From Phallusia mammillata (lineage: Eukaryota): a stretch of DNA of 64,000 bases. This document shows, piece after piece, positions 47,736 through 62,400 of the stretch (positions are counted from its first letter, which is position 1; the number at the start of each line of letters is the position of its first letter). Under the pieces are notes generated by a model that was not told where the DNA came from, searched no databases, and saw nothing but the letters and a program-made list of their open reading frames with translations. The position numbers and the translations under genes were made by a program. Where the stretch lies: contig OZ281494.1 of the NCBI GenBank assembly GCA_965637545.1, positions 9,610,001-9,674,000 on the forward strand, read 5' to 3'.

Positions 47736-50700
47736 AGATTTTGAATTTAACGGGTGACGAGATTTTACACCAAAACTGAAGAGGCATTTTGGATATTTGA
47801 TACGTGAAGACAGATTTGTCGGTCACCACATCGTACTGATTCCTGTTATAGTCTGTTTCTCTCCTTACTTTTTTCCAACGAGTCACGATCTATTTTTGTC
47901 TCCATGTTCCAACCCAAATAGCGAACATTTACCAGGTATGACGACAGTACACCTTCGAAAAGTTTGTATTTAGGCTGTACAGCAATTGCCGTGTTAAGGT
48001 TTTAGGGTTTGCTTTACGTCATGAATCCCAATGCACAAACTTCTTGGAATTCCCACTTCGGCTTAGTCAGGGATGCTGTTTTTTTCTTGCAATCAGTTCA
48101 CTATTTTGTACCGACTTCTTGAGTAAGTTTAAAGAAAGAACACTTGTGGCAAATCATAACTTACATGATTATGATATAATATAATCATAATAAGCGCTCG
48201 TCGGTTTGCACAGCGAAGTCCCTTAGACTGAAAACAACTTTTGTAAATCGAATCCCTAATTTTAAACAAACTGTCATAGTTAATGTCAAGATTTTTGATA
48301 CGATTTTTATTCTACACTTCTTGTCGAAATCACAATTCAAAAAGGTATATGCGAGTAAAGTGACTGTAAAATAACAGAGCTTAGCTTGTTTCAATGTAGG
48401 TAAAGTGAAAAATACATCTCTTTTATATTACAATGTAAAACGCGTCGTTTTATTGTTTAAGGAATGTTGATTTTAAAAATGTGACCAGTTAAAAAATCTT
48501 TATTGACACGGCTTACAGTTGAAAAGCTGAAAAAGAACATAAATTACTATGCAGTCGTCATGACCTTACGTCGTGCAGCCTTCCTGTGCATGGAAACAGG
48601 AAATTTGATCTTATTGTTGGGATAAGTCACCATGAGGGCGGTTTTATGAACTCTCGACCTTAGGGAAACTTGGCCAAACGTTTTGAAATTTTCTTGTTTT
48701 TTGGGGAAAGGGATTTTTTTACAGAAACTTGACGAGGTTGGACTCTTTTGTTTACTTAGTGGCCTTTGCCTCTTACGTTACAAAGTTCTAGGTTGCATAA
48801 GAAATTGCTGCGTTAGGCTTGTCGTGCGGTGGAGGTGTCGACAAAAGAGGTCAATAAACATAAAATTGAAATAAATACCCGAAATTTGAAATATATATTT
48901 CAATAGTTCATCAACTTAGTTCTACACACAACGAAATTTAATCAAAACGTTGTACAATGTTATAATTTTATGCCGTACGTTGTTTGATCAGCAAAATTAT
49001 TTCAAGCCTGGGCGATACGCAGGAGCAGAGCAAAAAATGTTGCCAGCATTGCTAATGGTAAGGAATGAATTGAGTTAGATCCGTCTCCACAACCATGGTG
49101 CCATTAATCTCACGTTGTACGCATTCGTCTTTAATATCCTCACCGTTCTCATTGTTACAGTTGTTTGCTGAAACGTAGAGTCACACAAGCTTGGTGCTTA
49201 TTCGTACAGTTGACGCGATATTTTTTGGCCACGTCCGGTCCTGAACATTTCCCTCCCACCATATCGACTCCACCAACGGAAGAATAGGTGCGTTGGTAGG
49301 ACCGTATAAAGTTACCTGAAAATAATTTGGATCTATTGCCAACAGACACGGACTTAAAAAACCCAAAGTTGTTTTTCAACAAATATATATAGTTTAGAAC
49401 CATAAAAAAGACTTAATTGCAAATTATTTAAAAAGGAAACGTTTAGAAAGGAACATTAGCCCACCCACCCGTTGCCACAAATGAAGTAAGCAATAGTACC
49501 AGGACTTGATTTTTCATGTCGAAGTTGCAAACTAATTGGTCGTTCAAATTTGTTTAATAAAACGCTATAGTCGGTCAACGCAGAGAATAACTACCTCGCG
49601 AATTGTCAACGTATTTATTTAAAAAAAAAATTTCATTTATTCCCGTTTATGTGGAGGTTAAAAGCGAGGCCAGAACTTTTCCACTTGATTGTGGAACATG
49701 AACTCATAGGAAAAATGGAACAATAGCCATAAAAGTTCATGTATAGCTTTATCTTAACGTCGTGTGACCTTACTGTCATTAGGCAGGAAAATTGATTCTA
49801 TTGTAGCCGCGGGTGAGTCGCACGAAGATTGGCTTTACAAACTCTTGAACTGATTGCAGGGGCGTCCAAAGTGCAGCCTGCGATGGCATTTAACTTAACT
49901 TCTTAGAGTATTTTAAAGTTTTGTTTTTAACGTGGCCCACCAAGGTTAACTTGAACTTTTAACATAATGCGATTTAAAGCCAAAGTATTTCAATAAACCT
50001 TTGCCATATAGAAGTCGATATAGAAGAGAACATGATATACTGACAAAAACCGCTGAGTAGGTAGCGTAGTCATTAAGAGTTAACTCCATATTGCACGATG
50101 AGCATGCATGTAAGTATTACATTTTTGTTACATTTCGAAATATTTTTTAAGGTTGCGTTTCCTTTTTTAAAGTGAACCCTTACTGGCTTTAATCACATTA
50201 GTTATGCAAGCTGAATATCCAGTCGGACATTCGATTCTCCATTTTTCGTTTACATCTGGTCCTTCACATGAATCATCTAAGCAAGGCGTAGGCGACTCCA
50301 GCTACGGATTCATGTGTGCAATTGTAACACCAAATACAGATGCCTAAAAACAATAAAAACAGATACCAAAGCGCATTGACGTTATAATATAGCCTACCAA
50401 GAAACTAAATTGAAATAACACACTTTAAGAAAACAGTTTCGTATTAAGATTAAGATCCAGTTCGAGTCGTTAGAAAAAAGTCTTTACTTACCCTTGGCCC
50501 AAAAAGAGACAAACAGTAATACAACAAATTGAATTTTCATTTTTTCATAGAACGAGATTATATGGTGCTTACAATGACTTTATTTGGGAGGTTGGGAATT
50601 TGGATGCAATGCTTGCGTCACACAATGGAAACGATACTCGTAAAATGAAAATTCAAATCGATTGTTTAACTTGCAGAAAATCCCGGGTAGTCTGGTATAG

Positions 50701-50756
50701 TCGCAAGGTTTTACGGCATGCTTACTGGACCCAAACGAGGTAGTTATTCTCAAGAC

Positions 50757-51276
50757 CAGTGGTTCTTAACCGGTGGGAAATTTCCCACTAGTGGGAAATT
50801 TGTTGTATCCAGGGGGAAATTATGTAAGTCGGGAGTAACCACACTCCGGCCCGCCGGTCGAATCCGGCCTTGAATTAATTGTTAAAAATTAATTTACTAC
50901 AATTTTTTTCGCAACAGCATGTAAGATTAATTTCACCTAGTGTTAGAAGGCCGTTTGTTACATCACAAACATGCCTAAAATATCAATGCTTTTGTTATTG
51001 TGCGCGAATAAATGTCTTCCCTTTGTTGAATGTGGTCAAAAAAATGAGTAATGCAACAGAGAGGACACACTTTTACTCTAGCGCTATTCGAACTAAATAT
51101 CATTGCACTAAGCCTATATGGTCCCGACCAAGTCGCTTCACAAAAGTATTTCAATAAAAAAAATAAAAAAATTTGTTAGCGTCGAGCACATCTGTATTAA
51201 AAATAACAGAGGGGGAAATTCGAACTTGGTGATCGACTTTAGTGGGAAACCGTCCCAAAAAGGTTAAGAACCACTG
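50757..51276. mobile_element. hAT-type MITE
   Basis: TIR CAGTGGTTCTTAACC / GGTTAAGAACCACTG with an 8-bp TSD CTCAAGAC. Confidence 0.9.
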
Positions 51277-52280
51277 CTCAAGACAAACGGTTATACTGCG
51301 CACTAAAGCGTTCTGGCAAACTGAGTTATAACTTTAAAATAACCATGGCGTTGGTTTTATAAACCTAAACAGATCCGTTTGCAATTGATCAACGGCCTTG
51401 TCTCAAGGACCTATTTCGCTCCAGGAAAATATTTACCCTTAAAGCATAATCATCAAAAAATACTCTTTTGGATTTAGTGAAAATCTTGTCCAAGACTCTT
51501 GTTTCCTTCTGAGGATTGCTAAAAACACAGACGGATTGACATTCATTTTCGGACCAGCGCATATGTTTATTTGCGCAAGTGTATGTTGTAGCTATACAGC
51601 TGGTTGAATAGTTTGTAAGCTTTAATTTTTTTGTCGTTGCCGCTCTATATGTGGTAACTTACATAACAGAATACGTTTACCAAAATGCTTCTTAAACAGT
51701 GATGAAACGAAGGTTATGATTGCAGGAAAAAACCCACTCACTAAATCACTTCTTGGACATCAGCGTCCTGCATAAAACCTTAACGATAACAATCGCTTGC
51801 ACTTACGTGTAGCAGAATATACTTGGCACTTCCCTTGGCATTAAATTCGGCTCGGCTACTTGACTCTTAATGGTGCTCCATTTCCTGATACAGCTGAGAT
51901 TAAGTTTAGTTTAGTGATAGGGAAAAAATCGACAAAGTGCTTGTTTTCTATTTAAGTTTAAAGACGTGTGATAGAGTTCTTAGGTTAGAATTGAAGTCAC
52001 ATTTCAAAACTGTGTACATTGTGACCAAAATAAGAATTCGTCCATCTATACCCGAAATTGTAAAAAGTCCACCAGGAAGCCAAATTAAAGCACAATTTTC
52101 AGTGACATGCTTGTAGGACAAACTAAAGTGCATGTTAAAACATAATGTTTGTTTCAAAATAATATTTGGAAAAAAATAACCATTACTAAGTTTTTGGCCC
52201 ACCGAACACCGTATAAAAGGAATGTAACTTTTTGCGTAAACTTGCGTTTAGTTAAAACACAACCTTGCCAAACAAAAAGA

Positions 52281-55200
52281 ATGGTATCATTTGTGCTCTT
52301 TGTTGTTCTTTCTTGGATCTCAATACCTCAAGGTAAGTGGTAAGGAAAAAGCGTATACTTATTCTTCTGAAACTAGGTTGGCGAAATTTTACTCATAAAC
52401 TATCATGCAAATGTAACTGATTTTAGTATTACGTACAATTTTGTCTCACATTTCAGAGTAGATTTTTCGCCAGTTAACGTTCAATTGTGTCAAATTATGC
52501 TTGATTCGTTAAAGATTAGCACCACTTTACGCCATGATGTTTTACCTAAACTTATGACCCCAAAATTCGTGCAACTGTTAACTTTGAAGTAGAGAAATGC
52601 AGGCAATAAAATTACCCGAAATAATCTTAAAACATGGCAGTGCGGGCATTCCACGGAACAGCAACCTGTCGCGCTGAAGATGGCTTCTTCCGTTGTTTGC
52701 ACACTGGCGTTTGCATTCCACGTTATAAAGTCCGAAGTTACGGAAGCGACTGCTGGCTGGGTTCGGTGTCAGATGAAAGCGACGAGGATAAAGGTCAGCT
52801 CAAGTAAACATTTTTCCTAGTGCCTTTATTTGTCTATCCACCGCAATAACGATAACACACAGGACAATAGCTTACTTTAAAAAAAGTTAAATTTCAGAAC
52901 CCTTGAATTGCACCGATGATGAATTTCGATGCCGCTCTATCCAAAAGTGTGTACCACATTATCTTCTCAACACCAAAGAAAGCTGCAAATTAAACGAGGG
53001 CTTGATTCTTCCATGCAGAAATCAGACAAGTTGGTTGGTTGTTACTAAACTGCGAATTCAAATCCATTTATATTAGTGTTTCTTCATGGAAAATTCCTCA
53101 CCTAATAATTCAAAACATTTTTATTCCTCCCTAATGCTGAACCTTACAAAGATCATTTAAAATTAGGTGTTTTATTAACTTGATGGTTTATATCCCCAGA
53201 GCTAAAGTGTTCACAAATAACCCTTTATGTTTTAAAATTTCCGGTTGGGTACCACTGTCTTACAAGTAGCCAAGATACTGTCACATTTATGTCAACTTAT
53301 TATAGAATTCACGTGCAAACGCAGCAAGTTGTGTATTCCACGTTGGATGGTAAGCAACGGCAAGCGCGATTGCGACACAATGGTAGTGAAGGACGGAAGT
53401 GACGAAACAATCACTCTCACCTCATGTGACGCTTTTGAAATTCCCTGTTCGAACACTTCCTCACCGTCACAGTGCATTCCGAGGGCATGGGTCGGAGACG
53501 GTGTGAAAGATTGTGCAAATGGAAGAGATGAAATTACAAACTTGACAAGTTGTTACAATAACACAGAGTTTCGGTGTAACATAAACGGACGTTGTTTGGC
53601 GCGACATCCAGTGATGAATGATTTTCCTGAATGCCCTGATGGTTCCGATGAAAAGAAAGCTCTTAAATGCATTCCAGATAAAGAGTTTCGATGCCATGAC
53701 AACGGTCGCTGCATTCCGCGATCGTGGCGAGGCAACACCTTCGTGAACTGTAACGATGGAAGCGACGAAATTCCATGGAACGCCAACGAAACGTGCTTTG
53801 ATGGCGAATTTCGTTGTCACAACGGCAAGCGATGCATTCCCATCTACATGCTGTGTGATGGCATGGATCACTGCGGTGACTGCAGCGACGAGATTGAGAG
53901 TTGCACTGATCCCAGGATGCTTCGTTGTCCTAACGAGCCAGGTACGTGTGTGCTTCCCACCTATTCCTGCGATGAGTTTGCAGACTGCCCAGGAAATGCC
54001 GAGGACGTCCTACATACCACTGGTTTCAAGTGTAACAAAGTTGTGGCCGGAATTGACCGTACAGTGTACTGTGTTCTGCCCCAATGGACATTAGGTGACG
54101 AATATCCGATTTGCCAAGATTCATCAGACTTGTGTTTTGTCAACGGAACTTTCAGATGTCATCGGTGTTTGTATTCGGATATGATTATTTCACCCAAACA
54201 GTTATGTGACGGTATTTTTGACTGCCCTGACCTAACAGACGAATGTCTTTGCGCCCGAAATGTTCCGCGTTCGGTTTCGTCAGTATATCTGTGTGACAAT
54301 GTGTGCTATGGAGATCCTGGCAACCCTGCTTGTTCGTTGTGCAGTATAGGGCAAGTAAAATGTGGATTGGAAGACGTATGTATTTCCAAATCTCAAGTGT
54401 GCGATGGTAAAGTGGATTGTTCAATCGCAAAGCTTGATGAGCTTTACTGCGGTAGATCAACCAATCAGTACAACGCGGTGAACTCGAAAAATTTTCATTG
54501 CGACCCTATTCCACAAGAAATAAGTAAAGTTCTTCAAACGCTCTTAACCAAGGATGTCATAAACACCTTAGCTCCTTTGCAAGCTACGAAGTAGGTGGCT
54601 TTTTTGCATTACAAGAGAAATATGCATGTTTCATTAATTGAGTTTGTTTGATTTGCTGCAGGTGTAACAATGTTGTGGAGTGTTCAAGATTCGAAGACGA
54701 GTGCAGCGAGAGAGCAAATTGTAGTATGAGACATCTATTGTGCGACCAAATTCCTATGGGCATGGTAATGTTTTGACTTAAGGGATATTTTCATCCTTCA
54801 CACTTCCTGTAGTGTGTTTTATTGAAAAACTTTGATTTGGTTCAAAACGGTACCTAAGTTATAGTTATATGTTGCCTACAATGTGTTTTGTTGAAACCAT
54901 GTGTAATACGCAATTTTTTTAGTGGGTTATCTCTGGACACTTAGTCGGTGGAGATTTACTGCGAGTGCCAGCACGAATTTGTCAACTACAATTTGGCACC
55001 AGTTCCATCCTAGGCTCATCAATTTGCAACGGATTTGATGAGTGTCAGAAAGGCTACGACGAAGCGACATGTCCAGGTCGCTTTCGATGCGCAGCAGGAC
55101 AAGTCGAAACCTTGGTGTTTGGTGAGATTTTGTTTATCATTCAGACCTGAAAAGGGCTGTACTTGCTTTTAGGATATTAGGCAATGACTTTTATTATTCG

Positions 55201-57098
55201 TACAAAAGTTGTAGGTCAGGTCGCACTTTTCGGTTCAGGTTCGGGCATTTTTTAACAAACGGGTTTGATTTAGAACTGACTTCACATTCTGTGTCAGCAT
55301 TTTCTAATGAAATTACCGAGCTAAAAAGATTTACTGGACTTAAACCTAATGCCTAACAGAACTAAAACGCCTTGTTAAAGCCATTGCCCATCATTATGCA
55401 ATGTATATGTCTACTTCACTATTTTCAGTACATACGTACTTTTTGTAAGCTTTCAAATGGCCTGCCAATCAGTTTTTTAGGCTTCTCAAAAAGTAATTTT
55501 GGTACGGGCCGAGCTTCGGGATTGTATGTTTTGGTTCGGGCCGGATGTGGGATAGAATTTCCGGGTCCAGTTAAACTCTGTTGTATACAATTTACACAAA
55601 CCAATCTTTATTGATGGGTCATACTAAAGTGGACTTACTTCGTTTAGGTGTTCGTGATCGTGTGAGCATTCCAGTCCAGAAAACATGCGACCTGGTCTCC
55701 GATTGCATCAACTCCACAGACGAACTTAACTGTTCCGGATCCACACACTTCTACTGCCTTAACAAGTCACCTCCATTTGTACCAACAACCAAAGTTCTCG
55801 ATGGCGTTTCAGACTGCAGCGATTCCTCAGACGAATGTCCTCCGAACTACTTGAAAAACGACGCACTTGCCTCCAACGAGCAAATGATCAAAATTCGAGC
55901 TCTCGAAATCCTGGTCTGGTTTATGGCCATATTAGCGTTGTTTGGCAACCTCGCAGTTATGATAAACACTGTCCTTTACTTTAAACAAACCAAGATCGAT
56001 CAATTACAAAACAAAGTAGGATTGATCAACAACGCTATGATTTTCAACTTAGCAATAGCTGATCTTCTCATGGGTATCGTTCTTGTGGTTGTTGGAATCA
56101 AAGCGGTCGAGTTTTCAGGGAGTTACTGTCTTTTTGACAAGTTGAGGAGATCGAGTAACCTGTGCAACGCAATCGGTGCCATGACAGTGATTTCAAGTGA
56201 GACATCAGTGCTTACATTGGTTTGCATCACATCATATCGTCTCTACATCATTTATAAACCTTTCGAAACTCGTTGTATCAGGGGCAAAATTGCAATAATG
56301 TGGATCTGTATTATCTGGTTTGTCTCCTTTCTTCTAGCTTTGCTTCCATTTTCTACCGCCTTGTCCGGAAATATGTTAACCAGCGCTCAAATCACACCCA
56401 GTCCTTATTTCTATTCTGATCAAGTGAAACTTACCGACTTCAGGCAATTCGCTTTGCGAATCGCTGCTTTGGGCAACAAAACTCAGCAGAAAATTAAGTC
56501 ACACAATTGGGACGACCTTAACGCTTATCTAATTTCGGAACAAAGCTCCGTGGCGCCATCCACTGTCGGTTATTTTGGTTACTAAAGCAGCAGCGTTTGC
56601 ATTCCACGTTTGTTTCGCATTAGCAAAAACGAATCCGGCGTCAACCCGAGGTCCTCTATAGTAATCTCGTTCAACTTTGTTGCACTTCTTTACATCGCCT
56701 CGTCTTATGTTGCCATTTACATCAAGTCGAGTGGCAACGAGGTGACAAAATCCAACAAGGTGAAGAACAAACAGAATGTGAGCATGCAACGGAAAATCAC
56801 ATTGCTCATAGCAACCGACATGTGCTGCTGGTTACCGATTTGCATCATGACATTTCTTAGTATGTCAGGAGTTGTTCTGCCTCCCGATTCCTATGCAGTT
56901 TCAGCAGTGGTTCTCCTACCCATCAACAGCTCACTCAACCCGATGATTTACAACAACTTTCCACAGATGGTCTATTCCAAAATCCGATTTCTCATCAACA
57001 AAGCCAGAGGTTGCTGCAATTTCTCGCCATTGCGCAACGTCGTGCATCGACCATCAGCCGAGCTTGAAATACCCAAGGAAAATGTCACTGAAGTGTAG
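52281..57098 (+). pseudogene. LDLa-repeat GPCR copy 3; exons 52281-52332, 52641-52793, 52898-53029, 53306-54590, 54662-54764, 54923-55121, 55648-57098
   Basis: Full exon structure is retained, but TAC>TAA at 56583-56585 in ECL2 (plus a 3-nt deletion) truncates the protein after TM4. Confidence 0.85.
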
Positions 57099-59488
57099 CT
57101 TAATTTTAACGTAAATTGGCCATAACACCAAGAAAGGCACGCTACTCTTTGGGACTAAATTTACATAATTGTTGTCTATTAATTATATACGTGAGCTACC
57201 TTTTGTCTGACGTTTCTGTAAATAAAACCCTTGCGCTGCCAGATGTCAGTGATGTCCTAAAATGTATAACTTTATGTGGATAAGTGAAACTTTCACCAAG
57301 TAAAGCTGTATACGAGTCCCCGACACTTGACGCTTGTGCAACGATTTCGCTAAAGCGTGTTCGGCATATTTTCACCATTTGTGCGTTTTTGCTTTTTGCG
57401 CTCCTTGCCGTTTAACATTACGCAGCTTTATCCGCTTGGGTAAATGCCATAGCTCGACTGTGCTGCTACGATTTGTTCTACGAGCAAACGAAACTCAAAT
57501 CAAGCACGTCCTTGAAGGAGTAGAGTGTTAAAAACATGATTTGCAGACACAAACTGTTGCTGTTGTGTGTTTTTGTACAGACTGCATGATGTTGCTTACA
57601 AGTATGACATGTTTCGTTTGAAACTGAACTTGTTGACTTATTCCAATAGCGTATTCAAGAATTATGCTTTAATATTTTTACTGAAAAAAATTGTTGTTTG
57701 AACATTACCGCCATTTGTCACTTCTTTCAATTACATTGTCGTTTTGCCTGGACGCAGCGACAAGTTCATTATTTCCGCAACTCTCTCGATGTTAATGTGT
57801 TTACTCATTTTCGCAACAGAAAAATGTAGTTCAACCCTCTTTTTTGTTTTAAAACCGACCATTGTAACACTGTAATTCTTTTCCTGGAATATGTATGTAC
57901 AATTTCATTAGACGTCGCTTATGTGTTGTGACTAAAACTGCATGATTTGCAGCAGTATTAAGTTTTCTGGTCATTGTAGGCAATATGTAAGGTACAACGG
58001 TATTGGTTCTCTGTTAAAGCGAACAGAAATAAGTTGCAATCATCTTGTAATATAAAAATAGAAAATGGCCGATAAACTTACGCAAAGAAACATGTGACGT
58101 TACAATATACCAAGAAACTAAACTGAAATAACACAATTTAAGAAAACATTTTCGTGTTCACATTAAGATCCAGTTCGAGTCGTTCGAAAAAATCACTACT
58201 TACCCTTCGACCAAAAAGAGGCAAACAGTAATACAACAAATTGAATTTCATGTTAGAAGTGCGGAAAAAGCTTTAAACCCTATCTTGTACAAATCGTTTG
58301 TCAAAACACAAATTGATCAGCGTTAAGAGTGACCACGTGTTGGACGATTAACGCATTTATGCTAAATCATTTCTTTATGCGCTTTCTTTTTATGTCATGC
58401 GATTTTATGCAGGTAGAGTGAAATTCTATGGTGTTTACAGTGGCTTTATTTGGGAGGTGGGGAATTTGGATACAATGCTTGCGTGAAACAATGGAAACGA
58501 TACTCGTAAAAAGTAAATTTAAATCGATTGTTTAACTTCTCTGGTAGTCTGGTATATAGTCTCAAGGTTTAACAGATCCGATTGCAGTTGATCATCTGCT
58601 TTGTATCGGGTTCCTACTTCGCCCCAGGAAAATGTTCACGCTAAAAAAATAACTATCAAAAATACTCTTTTGAATTTAGTGAAAATCTTGTCTATGATTC
58701 TTGTTTCCTTCTGAGGATTGCTAAAATCACAGACCGAGATCAATTGTTTTGACATTCATTTACGGACCAGCGCATATGTTTGTTTGTGCAAGTGTTTATT
58801 GTAGCTATAACTGGTTTAATAGTTTTTATGCTTTACATTTCGATATGTAACTGTTTTTGTCGTTACCGCTTTGTATGTGGTAACTTAGATAACAAAATAC
58901 GTTTACCAAAAAAGCTTATCTTAAACAGTGATGAAACGAAGGTTATGATTGCAGGATGTAAGGTAACCCACTAAATCACTTCTTCGAGTCTGCTTTGCTT
59001 TCAACTATAGACAATAGCGTCCTGAATCGCAGAATATTCATGGAATTTCCCTTGGCATGAAACTCGGCTCCGCTACTTGACTCTTAATGGTGCTTCATTT
59101 CCTTATACAGCTGAAATTAGGTTTAGTGCAGAGCCTCTGGTTCGCAAATCCATCAGACTTGAAAGATTTTAGTTGAAAACCCGGAAATAGTCAAAGGAAA
59201 GTTTGTGTTTAGATATAAACATGATAGTTGTGACCAAAATTAAAATTCGTTCATTTATCCCCAAATATGCAAAAATTCCACCAGGAAGCTAACTTAAAGT
59301 ACCATTTTATGTGACACGGTATTGTATGATAAACTAAAGTGCATGTTAAAACATAATGATTGTTTCAAAATAATATTGGGAAAAAAACATTACTAAGTTT
59401 TTGGCCCAACGCTGCATAACAGGAATGTTAATGCTTTTTTAGTGTAAACTTGCTTTTTGTTAAAGCATATCCTTGCCAAAACAAAAGA

Positions 59489-62400
59489 ATGGTACCATTA
59501 GTGCTCTTTGTTGTACTTTCTTGGATCTCAATACCTCAAGGTAAGTAATAACGAAAAAACGTATATACTTACACTTTTAAAAGAAGGTTGGCAAAATTTC
59601 ACTCATAAACTATCATGCAAATGTAACTCATTTTAGTATTACGTACAATTTCGTCTCACATTTCCGAGTGGATTTTTTGACAGTTAACGTTTAATTGTGT
59701 CAAATTATGCTTGCTTGGTTAAAGATTAGCACCATTGTACGTCATGATGTGTTATATAAACTTATGACCCCAAAATTCGTGCAACTGTTAACTTTAAAGT
59801 AGAAAAATACGGGCAATAAAATTACCCGAAAATATCTTAAAACATGGCAGTGCGGGGATTTCCTGGAGCAGCAACCTGTCGTGCTGAAGATGGCTTCTTC
59901 CGTTGTTTGCACACTGGCGTTTGCATTCCACGGTACAAAGTTCGAAGTTACGGAAGCGACTGCTGGCTGGGTTCGGTGGCAGACGACAGCGATGAGGATA
60001 GAGGTCAGCTCAAGAAACTATTTTTTCAAATGCTTTCAGTTTAATGTATCCATTCATCATAACAACGATAACACATAGGACAGTAGTTGCTTACTTTAAA
60101 AAAGTTAAATTTCAGAACCCTTGAATTGCACCGATGATGAATTTGAATGCCGCTTTCTCAAAAAGTGTGTACCGCGTTATCTTCTCAACACCAAAGAAAG
60201 TTGCAAATTAAACGAGGGCTTGATTCTTCCATGCAGAAATCAGACAGGTTGGTTGGTTGTTACTAAACTGCAACTTCAAATCCATTTATATTAGTAGTTT
60301 TTTATGAAAAGTTCCTCCTTTACCAATTCAAAACATTTTCATTCCTCCCTAATAGACTACACAGTAAATGTTTAACCTTACAAAGATCATTTAAAATTAG
60401 GCGCAATTTAACTTTACGGTTTATATCCAGTGGTGGGTTTCATTTTTTTGTCTGGCGGTTCCATGACAAAAGTCTTATTTTTCAGTCGGTTCTGTTACAA
60501 ATAGTCCATTGACAGTAACCAGTAATGCTAACCGGTTCGCTGATATCATAAAATTTCGTGAGACGGTTCTATACAACCGATGCGGACCAGCTGAATCCCA
60601 CCACTGCTTACGTCCCTAAAACTATAAAGTGTTTGTTTACAAATAACGTGTACAAATTAAAGTCAATTTCTCACATCAGGTTTTAAAATTTCCGGTAAGG
60701 TACCACTGCGCTATATGTAGCCAAGTCACTGTTCCATTTATTGTATCATAGAATTTACGTGCAAACGCAGCAAGTTGTGTATTCCACGTTGGATGATGAA
60801 GAACGGCAAGCGTAATTGTGACACAATGGTAATGAAGGACGGAAGTGACGAAACCATCGATGCAACCTCATGTGACGCTTCGGAATTTCCCTGTTCCAAC
60901 AACACTTCCTCACCACTACAGTGCATTCCGAGAGCATGGGTTGGAGACGGTGTGAAGGATTGTGCAAATGGAAGAGACGAAATTACGAACTTGACAAGTT
61001 GTTACAATGACACAGAGTTTCGGTGTAACACAAACGGACGTTGTTTGGAGCGACATCGAGTGATAAATAATTTTTCCGATTGTCCTGATGGTTCCGATGA
61101 AAAGCAAGCTCTTAAATGCATTCCAGATAAAGAGTTTCGATGCCACGACAACGGTCGTTGCATTCCGCGCTCGTGGCGAGGAAACACCTTCGTGAACTGT
61201 AACGATGGAAGCGACGAAATTCCATGGAGCGCAAACGAAACGTGCTTTGTTGGCGAATTTCGTTGTCACAACGGCAAGCGATGTATTCCCATTTACTTGT
61301 TGTGTGACGGCATGGATCACTGCGGTGACTGTAGCGACGAGATTGAGAGCTGTACTGACCCCAGGATGCTTCGATGTCCTAACGAGCCGGGTACGTGTGT
61401 GCTTCCCACCTATTCCTGCGACGAGTTTGCAGACTGCCCAGAAAATGCTGAGGATGTCCAACATACCACTGGCTTCAAGTGTAACAAAGTTGTGGCCGGA
61501 ATTGACAGTACTGTGTACTGCGTTCTGCCCCAATGGACATTAACTGATGAATATCCGATTTGCCAAGATTCGTCAGATTTGTGTTTTGTCAACGGAACTT
61601 TCAACTGTCATCGGTGTTTGTATTCGGACATGATTATTTCACCCAAACAGTTATGTGACGGTATTTTTGACTGCCCTGACCTAACAGACGAATGCCTTTG
61701 CGCTCGAAATGTTCCTGGTTCGGCTTCGTCAGTATATCTGTGTGACAATGTGTGCTATGGTGATTCTGGCAACCCTGCTTGCTCGTTGTGCAGCATGGGG
61801 CAAGTGAAATGTGGATTGGAAGACGTATGTATTTCCAAATCACAAGTGTGCGACGGTAAAGTGGATTGTCCTATCACAAAGCTTGATGAGCTTCACTGTG
61901 GCAGATCAACCAATCAGGACAACGTAATTAACTTGAAAAATTTTCATTGCGACCTCATTCCACAAGAAATAAGCAAAGTTATTCAAACAGTGTTGACCAA
62001 AGATGTCATAAACACTTTAGCTCCTTCGCAAGCTACAAAGTACGAGGCTGTTTGGCAATAGAAGAGAAGTGTACGTATTTCATGATTATGGTTTTGTTGT
62101 CAGGTGCAACAATGTCGTGGAGTGTTTAAGATTCGAAGACGAGTGCAGTGAAATAGCAAATTGTAGCATCAAACATCCAGTGTGCGACCAAATTCCTATG
62201 GACACGGTAATGTTTTGACTTGGGGGTATTTCTATCCTTCATACTTCCTGTAATGTATAGTCTAAACTATTCAATGTGGAAAGACTATGATTTGCATAAA
62301 GTTCGTGCTGATACTTCTCTTTTGACACTTATTCATCATTTATTGCCATTTGGTGCCTAAGTTATGAAAGTGTTACCATATGTTGACTACAACTGTGTTA

